A stretch of 64,000 nucleotides of DNA from Acutalibacteraceae bacterium. GTDB taxonomy: Bacteria; Bacillota; Clostridia; Oscillospirales; Acutalibacteraceae. The position numbers and the translations under genes are program-made. Location: contig JAZNQX010000063.1 of assembly GCA_045590395.1 (NCBI GenBank), positions 5,135 through 69,134 of the forward strand, in the 5' to 3' direction. A model generated the notes under the pieces. It saw nothing but the letters and a program-made list of their open reading frames with translations, was not told where the DNA came from and made no database searches. Below, piece after piece: positions 48,118-55,397 of the stretch. Each line of letters begins with the position of its first letter. The first letter of the stretch is position 1.

Positions 48118-48650
48118 TGGCTACTAAACAGTTTTTGTTTTCGGGATTTGGCGGTCAGGGTATTCTTTTCGCCGGTAAGTTTATGGCTTATAAAGGCCTT
48201 ATTGATGATAAGCAGGTAAGCTGGCTTCCGTCATACGGCCCCGAAATGCGCGGCGGTACAGCAAGCTGTAGCGTAATTGTCAGTGACGAGCCCGTGGGTT
48301 CTCCCATAGTATCAAAACCTGATGTGCTTATCGCTATGAATCTTCCTTCTCTTGATAAATATGAGTCTACCGTAAAGAAAGGCGGTATGATTTTCCTTGA
48401 CTCAACCCTTATTGAGCGCAAGGTAGAAAGAGATGACGTTAAGGTTTTCTATATTCCTGCCACAAAGCTGGCAAGTGATAATAATATGCCTACCCTTGCT
48501 AATATGATTATAGTAGGTAAGGTATTAAGTGAACTTAACGATTTCCAAAAAGAAAGCGTTGACGCTGCTCTTTCAAAGGTTATTTCTGCAAAACGTGCAG
48601 ATATGGCTGATATAAACCGCAAGGCTATGCAGATAGGCGCTGAAAACTAA
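48117..48650 (+). CDS. 2-oxoacid:ferredoxin oxidoreductase gamma subunit
   Basis: [14 protein letters not shown]...[10 protein letters not shown]. Confidence 0.85.
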   Translation: MATKQFLFSGFGGQGILFAGKFMAYKGLIDDKQVSWLPSYGPEMRGGTASCSVIVSDEPVGSPIVSKPDVLIAMNLPSLDKYESTVKKGGMIFLDSTLIERKVERDDVKVFYIPATKLASDNNMPTLANMIIVGKVLSELNDFQKESVDAALSKVISAKRADMADINRKAMQIGAEN

Positions 48651-48671
48651 TCTTAAGGAGAATTAAGGAAT

Positions 48672-49736
48672 ATGAATATTTCTATTACTAAAACTGCCTG
48701 TCCTAAAGAAAAACCCGACAGCAGTGTACTGGGCTTTGGAAAATATTTTACCGACCATATGTTTATGATGGATTATTCAAGAGATAAGGGTTGGTATAAT
48801 GCAAGAATTGTTCCCTTTGAGAATATTTCTTTGCATCCTGCCTCTACTGTTCTTCATTACGGCAGTGAGATTTTTGAGGGCCTTAAGGCTTATAGACGCA
48901 AAGACGGTAAGGTACAGCTTTTCCGTCCTATAGAGAATATCCGTCGTATGAACAGCTCTGCAGAAAGACTTTGTCTGCCTCAGATTCCTGAAGAGGACGC
49001 TATGCAGGCTCTTAAAACCTTTGTCGCTTTAGAGCAGGACTGGACTCCCTCTGCGGCAGGTACTTCACTTTATCTTCGTCCCTTTATGTTCGGTAATGAC
49101 GAAACCTTAGGTGTTCACGCTGTACATAACGCAACCTTTGTTATTATTGCTTCACCTGTAGGCAGCTACTATAAAGAGGGCATTAACCCGGTTAAAATTA
49201 TGATAGAAGACCAGGATGTTCGTGCTGTGCGCGGAGGTACCGGTTATGCTAAATGTGGCGGTAACTATGCAGCAAGTAACAGAGCAGGTGAGCGCGCTGA
49301 ACAGCAGGGCTATTCACAGGTACTCTGGCTTGATGGTGTTGAGAGAAAGTATATTGAAGAGGTTGGCGCTATGAACGTAATGTTCAAAATCAACGGCGAA
49401 ATCGTTACTCCTATGCTTTCGGGCTCAATTCTCCCCGGTATTACAAGAAAATCCTGCCTTGAGGTGCTAAGAAGCGAGGGCTATAAGGTAAGTGAAAGAC
49501 TGCTTAGCATTGATGAGCTTGAAGAGGCTATGAACAACGGTACTCTTGAAGAGGCTTGGGGTTGCGGAACTGCTGCTGTAGTTTCTCCTATTGGTGAACT
49601 TTGCTACAAGGGTGTAAAGCACCAGGTTAGCGGCGGCAAAATCGGTGAAGTTACTCAGCACCTTTACGATACCCTTACATCTATTCAGTGGGGTAATGCT
49701 GAGGATAAGTTCAACTGGACCGAGCAAATCGACTAA
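48672..49736 (+). CDS. ilvE: Branched-chain amino acid aminotransferase (fold type IV)
   Basis: 354 aa: HYGSEIFEGLKAYR, LYLRPFMFG, GGTGYAKCGGNYA and GITR. Confidence 0.92.
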   Translation: MNISITKTACPKEKPDSSVLGFGKYFTDHMFMMDYSRDKGWYNARIVPFENISLHPASTVLHYGSEIFEGLKAYRRKDGKVQLFRPIENIRRMNSSAERLCLPQIPEEDAMQALKTFVALEQDWTPSAAGTSLYLRPFMFGNDETLGVHAVHNATFVIIASPVGSYYKEGINPVKIMIEDQDVRAVRGGTGYAKCGGNYAASNRAGERAEQQGYSQVLWLDGVERKYIEEVGAMNVMFKINGEIVTPMLSGSILPGITRKSCLEVLRSEGYKVSERLLSIDELEEAMNNGTLEEAWGCGTAAVVSPIGELCYKGVKHQVSGGKIGEVTQHLYDTLTSIQWGNAEDKFNWTEQID

Positions 49737-49750
49737 TTTTAAAAAAGTGG

Positions 49751-49779
49751 TTGACAAACTAAAATTGCGGTGATATAAT
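49751..49779 (+). promoter_or_regulatory. Putative sigma-A promoter of T-box leader 3 (extended -10)
   Basis: TTGACA, 17 nt, (TGa)TATAAT. Confidence 0.65.
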
Positions 49780-49796
49780 TATCTCAAATTTTTAAA

Positions 49797-50049
49797 TGCG
49801 ATGAAGGAATTATTCTTTATATGCGCTTGTTTTCAGAGAGTCGGCGGTTGGTGAGAGCCGATACGGTAGTATAAAGTAAGTCTCGTTCCGGAGCAGAACT
49901 GCTGAAACACAGTAAGCGGTTACGGCGTGCCCCGTTATCATGGCAAAAGGCTTGTTGGAGCCTTACTGAGTGACCGTTTATACGGTAATTAGGGTGGTAC
50001 CGCGAATATTATTCGTCCCTGAAACTATTATGGTTTCAGGGGCTTTTTA
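49797..50049 (+). promoter_or_regulatory. T-box riboswitch leader 3; putative specifier CUC (Leu) at 49882-49884
   Basis: TGCGATGAAGGAA...TTCCGGAGCA K-turn helix, AGAGAG bulge, distal loop TCGGCGGTTGGTGAGAGCCGA, T-box AATTAGGGTGGTACCGCG (49987-50004), and the terminator CCCTGAAAC...GTTTCAGGG plus a U-run. Confidence 0.9.
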
Positions 50050-50079
50050 TTTGTTTTAGTTTAGAAAGGAAGAATTATT

Positions 50080-51459
50080 ATGAGAAAAGTAAGAATTGCA
50101 GATACAACTCTTTGCAGTGGTGAAGTAAGCTACAGTTTCAAGGAAAAAATTGAAATTGCAAGACAGCTTGAAAATCTAAAAATTGATATAATAGAGCTTG
50201 GCGCTATTGAAAACGCAAGAACTGATATTTTACTTGTAAAAACTATTTCTTCTTTTGTTAAATCAGGTATCCTCTCTGTTGCAGGCGGTATGACAAAAGA
50301 AAGCATAGACAATGCTGCCTCCGCGCTTTCAAATGCGGTTAATAAAAGGATAAGAATTGAACTTCCCGTGTCCCCCGTGGGTATGGAATATGTTTGTCAT
50401 AAAAAGCCTGATAAAATGCTTCCCTTTATTGAATCTCTTGTTGGTGCCGCAAAAGAAAGGGTAGAGGATGTCGAGTTCTGTGCCATTGATGCTACCCGTG
50501 CTGAAGAAGACTTTCTTAAATCTGCCATCAAAACTGCTGTAAATGCCGGTGCTACATCGGTTTCGGTTTATGACAGCGCCGCAGAAACAATGCTGCCCGA
50601 TGAGTTTGCTGATTTTGCCCGTAAGGTTTGCAAAAAGGCAGATGTAGAGGTTGGCGCATTTTGCGATAACAAAAACGGTATGGCAGTAGCCGATGCCGTA
50701 CTTGCTGTAAGAAATGGTGTTTCTGTTGTTAAGACAGCAGTAGGTACAGGTGCCGTTCCTCTTGAAACCTTTGCAGAAATGATAAATAACTGCGGTAATT
50801 CCTTTGGTATATATGCAGATATAAATTATACAAATTTACACCGTATTATAAAACAGATAAACTGGGTTAAAGAAAACTCAAAGGATGGCAAAAACAGTGT
50901 AAGCAGTGAAAGTATAGATAATACCGTCGCTCTTGACAAAGATTCTGATCGCACCGCTGTTGCTACTGCAGTGCTGAAACTCGGCTATGATTTAAGTGAT
51001 GAGGACAGCGGTAAGGTTTATGATGAATTTGTGCGTGTGGCAGAAAAGAAAAATGTTGGCTATAAAGAGCTTGATGCTATAGTTGCAAGCGTAGCCTTGC
51101 AGGTTCCTGCCACATATAAGCTTATCAATTATGTTGTAAACACAGGTAATATTATTTCTTCAAGCTCTCAGGTTGCCCTTGAAAAAGAAGGCAAAACCTA
51201 TCAGGGTGTTTCTATCGGTAGCGGTCCTATTGATGCGGCTTTCCTTGCTATTGAGCAGATAATAGGAACCCATTTTGAACTGGATGATTTCCAGATTCAG
51301 TCGGTAACAGAAGGTAAAGAGGCTATGGGTAGCGCTCTTGTAAAACTGAGAGCAAACGGAAAGCTTTATTCGGGTAACGGTATTTCCACCGACATTATAG
51401 GCGCAAGTATTCGCGCATATCTTAGTGCTGTAAACAAGATAGTTTACGAGGAGGCATAA
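50080..51459 (+). CDS. 2-isopropylmalate synthase (LeuA/HMGL) homologue with substituted catalytic residues but a retained C-terminal LeuA regulatory domain
   Basis: 459 aa. DTTLCSGE replaces DTTLRDGEQ, AFCDNKNG replaces VHCHNDLG, DSAA replaces DTVG, and GTGAVPLE replaces GIGERAGN. The C-terminal GSGPIDAAFLAIEQI...GKEAMGSALVKL is the LeuA_dimer/R domain. Confidence 0.75.
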   Translation: MRKVRIADTTLCSGEVSYSFKEKIEIARQLENLKIDIIELGAIENARTDILLVKTISSFVKSGILSVAGGMTKESIDNAASALSNAVNKRIRIELPVSPVGMEYVCHKKPDKMLPFIESLVGAAKERVEDVEFCAIDATRAEEDFLKSAIKTAVNAGATSVSVYDSAAETMLPDEFADFARKVCKKADVEVGAFCDNKNGMAVADAVLAVRNGVSVVKTAVGTGAVPLETFAEMINNCGNSFGIYADINYTNLHRIIKQINWVKENSKDGKNSVSSESIDNTVALDKDSDRTAVATAVLKLGYDLSDEDSGKVYDEFVRVAEKKNVGYKELDAIVASVALQVPATYKLINYVVNTGNIISSSSQVALEKEGKTYQGVSIGSGPIDAAFLAIEQIIGTHFELDDFQIQSVTEGKEAMGSALVKLRANGKLYSGNGISTDIIGASIRAYLSAVNKIVYEEA

Positions 51460-51461
51460 AA

Positions 51462-53966
51462 ATGAAATTCTCTTTTTCTACAAAAGGATGGCATAATATA
51501 TCCTTTGAAGAATTTTGTGAAATAGCAAAAGACCTTAAGTTTGAGGGAATTGAACTTCATAATATAAATAATCCTCTTTTTACTGATAAGGACGGCGCTT
51601 TTCACGAGCATACAGCGGCAGGAACAATAAGAAAGCTTTACGAAAAGAAGCTTTCTTTACCCTGCATTGATACTATTTGCAATATAGCAGATAATGATGA
51701 ATTTGATAAAAGCGTGGATGAAATTCTTGCCTGTATTGATATTGCAAAGCGCCTTAAAATACCCTTTATAAGACTTCACGCCGGTATGGCAGAGGATATC
51801 GAAAAGGCTACAGCCTGCGTGGTTTCTATTATTGAAAAAACCATATCCGATGCCGAGGAAAACGGGGTTACATTGCTTCTTGAAACCTCGGGTATCTTCT
51901 CTAATACCGAGATTCTCAGAGATACTCTTGAACTCTTTGCAAGTGATAGTCTTGCGGCTTCGCTTGATATGTATTCTGCATATTTCATAGGTAAAGAAGA
52001 TGCTGAACAGATTATTAAAAATCTGGGTGCTTATGTAAAACACGTTCATGTAAGGGACGCGCAAAAAGTTAACGGTAAATTGGAAAATTGTCTTATCGGT
52101 GAGGGCGAAATGCCTATTAACGATATGATGCTGGCTCTTCGCAGTGTAAATTATGACGGATATTTCTCACTGATATGGGACCCCTCATGGTGTGAGGAGC
52201 TTGACGATATGGAGATTATATTCTCTCATTTTGTCAACTTTATGAAGCAGTATGGTGATATTTCTAAAAACGAAACTACACTTTACTACAACAAAACTCA
52301 TACGGGAAAATTTGTGTGGAAAAAGGATTTACTTATTGACCTTACCTTCCCACAGGTGCTTGACAGAATGGCAGAGGAATTTCCTGACCAGTATGCATTT
52401 AAGTACACCACCCTTGATTATACCCGTACCTACAGCCAGTTCAGAGATGACGTTGATACCTTTGCCAGAGCCCTTGTTTCTATGGGCGTAAAGGCAGGTA
52501 CCAAGGTAGCTGTATGGGCTTCGAATGTGCCTCAGTGGTATATTTCCTTCTGGGCGGCTACAAAAATAGGTGCCGTACTTGTTACGGTTAACACCGCTTA
52601 TAAAATTCACGAGGCTGAGTATCTGCTTAAGCAGTCGGATACCCATACCCTTATTATGACTCAGGGAAGCAAGGATACAAACTACGGCGAAATTATAGCC
52701 CGTCTTTGTCCTGAGCTTGAAACTATGAAGTCAGGAAGCGCTCTTCACAGCAAAAAACTTCCTTTCCTTCGTAATGTAATTACCGTAGGCTTTAAACAGA
52801 AGGGCTGTATGACCTGGAATGACGCCTTGGCACGTTCTATTGATACCCCTGTGGAAGAGGTTTACAGAATGGCGGCGGCTGTTGATAAGGACGACGTTTG
52901 TAATATGCAGTATACTTCGGGTACTACAGGATTTCCTAAGGGTGTTATGCTTACTCACTATAATGTTGTAAATAACGGAAAGTATATCGGCGACCATATG
53001 GATCTTTCTACCGCAGACAGAATGATGATACAGGTGCCTATGTTCCATTGCTTTGGTATGGTACTTTCTATGACCGCGTCTATGACTCATGGTACAACTA
53101 TGTATCCTATGCCGTATTTTTCACCAAAGCCTTCTCTCGCTTGTGTTCATAATGACCATTTTCCCGCCTTTATCGGCGTACCTACCATGTTTATTGCTAT
53201 GATGCAGCACCCTGATTTTGAAAAAACCGACTTTTCTTATATGCGTGTGGGCATTATGGCGGGCTCTAACTGTCCTGCCGACCTTATGAAACAGGCAACA
53301 GAGGTTATGAATATGAAGGAAATTGTATCTGTTTACGGTCAGACCGAAGCGTCACCCGGTTGCACTATGAGTAGCTGGTATGATTCTCTTGAGGTTAGAA
53401 CCGAAACCGTAGGCAGCGCATTTGCTAATGTTGAGTGTAAGATAATCGACCCCGAAACAGGGGAGGACTGCCCTGACGGAGTTAACGGTGAGTTTGTTGC
53501 CCGTGGCTATAATATAATGAAGGGCTATTATAAAATGCCTAAGGCTACAGCGGCGGCTATTGATAAGGACGGTTGGCTTCACACAGGCGACCTAGCTTGC
53601 AGACGCCCTGACGGAAACTATCTTATAACAGGTCGTCTTAAGGATATGATTATCAGAGGCGGAGAAAACATTTATCCTAAGGAAATTGAGGAATTTATAT
53701 TCACTAATCCTAAGGTAAGTGATGTTCAGGTTATAGGTGTTCCCGATAAGCAGTACGGCGAAGAAATTATGGCCTGTATTATTCTTAAAGAGGGCGAAAC
53801 TATGACCGAAGAAGAAATAAAGGGTTATATTTCCGCCAATATGGCGCGTCATAAGGTTCCTCGCTATATTGATTTTGTAGATAAGTTCCCAATGAATGCG
53901 GCAGGTAAAATACTTAAGTACAAAATGAGAGAGGAAGCCGCCAAAAAACTGGGACTTGATGAGTAA
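51462..53966 (+). CDS. Fusion protein: xylose-isomerase-like TIM barrel (sugar phosphate isomerase/epimerase family, about aa 1-270) joined to an AMP-dependent acyl-CoA synthetase/ligase
   Basis: 834 aa. The N-terminus has FEGIELHN...LLLET...HVHVRD TIM-barrel features. The C-terminus has YTSGTTGFPKGVMLTH, VYGQTEASP, TGDLACRRPDGNYLITGRLKDMIIRGGENIYPKEIE and AGKILK. Confidence 0.8.
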   Translation: MKFSFSTKGWHNISFEEFCEIAKDLKFEGIELHNINNPLFTDKDGAFHEHTAAGTIRKLYEKKLSLPCIDTICNIADNDEFDKSVDEILACIDIAKRLKIPFIRLHAGMAEDIEKATACVVSIIEKTISDAEENGVTLLLETSGIFSNTEILRDTLELFASDSLAASLDMYSAYFIGKEDAEQIIKNLGAYVKHVHVRDAQKVNGKLENCLIGEGEMPINDMMLALRSVNYDGYFSLIWDPSWCEELDDMEIIFSHFVNFMKQYGDISKNETTLYYNKTHTGKFVWKKDLLIDLTFPQVLDRMAEEFPDQYAFKYTTLDYTRTYSQFRDDVDTFARALVSMGVKAGTKVAVWASNVPQWYISFWAATKIGAVLVTVNTAYKIHEAEYLLKQSDTHTLIMTQGSKDTNYGEIIARLCPELETMKSGSALHSKKLPFLRNVITVGFKQKGCMTWNDALARSIDTPVEEVYRMAAAVDKDDVCNMQYTSGTTGFPKGVMLTHYNVVNNGKYIGDHMDLSTADRMMIQVPMFHCFGMVLSMTASMTHGTTMYPMPYFSPKPSLACVHNDHFPAFIGVPTMFIAMMQHPDFEKTDFSYMRVGIMAGSNCPADLMKQATEVMNMKEIVSVYGQTEASPGCTMSSWYDSLEVRTETVGSAFANVECKIIDPETGEDCPDGVNGEFVARGYNIMKGYYKMPKATAAAIDKDGWLHTGDLACRRPDGNYLITGRLKDMIIRGGENIYPKEIEEFIFTNPKVSDVQVIGVPDKQYGEEIMACIILKEGETMTEEEIKGYISANMARHKVPRYIDFVDKFPMNAAGKILKYKMREEAAKKLGLDE

Positions 53967-53969
53967 TCG

Positions 53970-54785
53970 GTGATAAAAATGGTTCAAAACAAATTTTATA
54001 CAGTAGATTCTCACTGTCATATCTATCCCGAAAAAATTGCTCAAAAGGCTGTAGAGGGTACTGATAATTTTTATAGTACAACTGCGGCAGGTCTGGGTAC
54101 GGTTTCTGACCTTTTGCATATGGGAAGCGAGGCAGGGGTTGACCACTTTATTGTTCAGTCTGTGGCAACAACGCCAAAGCAGGTAAAAAGCATTAACGAG
54201 TTTATTTCCAAAACCGTTTCAGAGCATAATGGTAAATTAACCGGTCTTGGCACACTTCATCCCGAAAGTGAAGACATAAAGGGTGATGTTGAGCATCTTT
54301 TAGAGTTGGGCCTTAAAGGCGTTAAGCTTCACCCCGACATACAGCGCTTCGAAAGCGACTGTGAAAGGTGTATGCAAATCTACGAGCTGTGTGAAAAGAA
54401 TAATCTTGTATTACTAATGCACACAGGTGATTACAGGTACGACTATTCAAACCCTAACAGAATAATTCCAATACTGGAAACCTTTAAAAAGCTGACCTTT
54501 ATCGGCGCACACCTTGCAGGTTGGTCGGTGTGGCAAGAAGCCTATGAAAAGCTGTCATATTATGATAATCTTTATGTAGACTGTTCATCTTGCTTTGGCT
54601 TTACCGAAAGGGAGGAAGTATACGCCCTTATGAAGAAATACGGGGCTGACAGAATACTTTTCGGTACCGATTATCCTATGTGGTCACCGAAAAGCGAAAT
54701 GGAAACATTTTTATCCCTTGATTTCACCGATGAAGAAAAAGCAAAAATCTTAGGTCTTAATGCTAAAAAAATATTTAATTTATAG
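53970..54785 (+). CDS. Amidohydrolase-2 (metal-dependent TIM-barrel hydrolase/decarboxylase) family protein
   Basis: DSHCHIYPE near the N-terminus, then ...KLHPD..., ...MHTGD... and FGTDYPMW. The start may instead be the ATG at 53979 (RBS GGTGA). Confidence 0.75.
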   Translation: MIKMVQNKFYTVDSHCHIYPEKIAQKAVEGTDNFYSTTAAGLGTVSDLLHMGSEAGVDHFIVQSVATTPKQVKSINEFISKTVSEHNGKLTGLGTLHPESEDIKGDVEHLLELGLKGVKLHPDIQRFESDCERCMQIYELCEKNNLVLLMHTGDYRYDYSNPNRIIPILETFKKLTFIGAHLAGWSVWQEAYEKLSYYDNLYVDCSSCFGFTEREEVYALMKKYGADRILFGTDYPMWSPKSEMETFLSLDFTDEEKAKILGLNAKKIFNL

Positions 54786-54790
54786 GGCAG

Positions 54791-54834
54791 AAAAGCCGCG
54801 AAGTAAAAAAACTTCGCGGCTTTTTTATTTTTTT
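54791..54834 (+). terminator. Strong intrinsic terminator closing the Leu-T-box operon
   Basis: AAAAGCCGCGAAGT-AAAAAA-ACTTCGCGGCTTTT followed by TTATTTTTTT. Confidence 0.85.
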
Positions 54835-54855
54835 GCATATTTTTTAAAAAAACTA

Positions 54856-54884
54856 TTGCAATTTGAATAAAAATGCTCTATAAT
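54856..54884 (+). promoter_or_regulatory. Putative dcw (mraZ) promoter
   Basis: TTGCAA, 17 nt, TATAAT. Confidence 0.6.
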
Positions 54885-54890
54885 AACAGT

Positions 54891-54940
54891 AAAAGTGGTT
54901 TAAAGTGGATAAAAAACACATAAAAGTGTTTAAAAGTGGT
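54891..54940 (+). promoter_or_regulatory. Probable MraZ operator: direct repeats with 10-nt periodicity
   Basis: AAAGTGGTTT AAAGTGGATA AAAAACACAT AAAAGTGTTT AAAAGTGGTA lies between the promoter and mraZ. MraZ is known to bind spaced direct repeats upstream of its own gene. Confidence 0.55.
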
Positions 54941-54961
54941 AAGAAAGAGGGGTGAAAACCT

Positions 54962-55387
54962 ATGTTATACGGTGGATATCAACATAATATTGACAAAAAG
55001 GGCAGGGTTTTCATTCCGTCCAAGCTTCGTGAAGAACTCGGCGCGGAGTTTATTATCTGCCGCGGTATATCTGGTAAATGCTGTCTTTGTGTTTATTCTA
55101 TGAGTGAGTGGAATAAGCTTGTTGAAAATATTGGCACCTTGCCCAGTACTAAATCAAGCGTTGTTAAGCGTTTTCTTTACGACGGCGCTTTCAATATAGA
55201 GTGTGATGCACAGGGCAGAATTCTTATTCCACCAACACTTCGAGAATATGCCAAGCTTGATGGTGAAGCCCATATTATCGGTATGGATACTAATCTTGAA
55301 ATATGGAACACTGCTCTCTGGCAGGAAGAAAACGAAAAATATACTCCCGAATCTGTTGCTTCTATTATGGAAGAACTAAACTTCTAA
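54962..55387 (+). CDS. mraZ: Transcriptional regulator MraZ
   Basis: 141 aa: IDKKGRVFIPSKLREEL and a second DAQGRILIPPTLREYA (two SpoVT/AbrB-like repeats). Confidence 0.93.
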   Translation: MLYGGYQHNIDKKGRVFIPSKLREELGAEFIICRGISGKCCLCVYSMSEWNKLVENIGTLPSTKSSVVKRFLYDGAFNIECDAQGRILIPPTLREYAKLDGEAHIIGMDTNLEIWNTALWQEENEKYTPESVASIMEELNF

Positions 55388-55397
55388 GGAGTATAAA

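Noticed and set aside
46083-48650. Calling the four-subunit oxidoreductase specifically VOR (vorDABC)
   Set aside because: Sequence inspection alone cannot separate VOR from KOR-type enzymes. I annotated it generically as a 2-oxoacid:ferredoxin oxidoreductase and kept the branched-chain specificity as a context-based hypothesis in the findings.
39587-54840. The whole 15-kb T-box/BCAA block as a genomic island integrated at tRNA-Lys
   Set aside because: There are no integrase, transposase or mobility genes in the block. There is no further copy of the 18-nt tRNA-Lys core at its right edge (54.8-54.96 kb). By eye, base composition and codon usage do not change. Only the segment of about 200 bp next to the tRNA looks scar-like.
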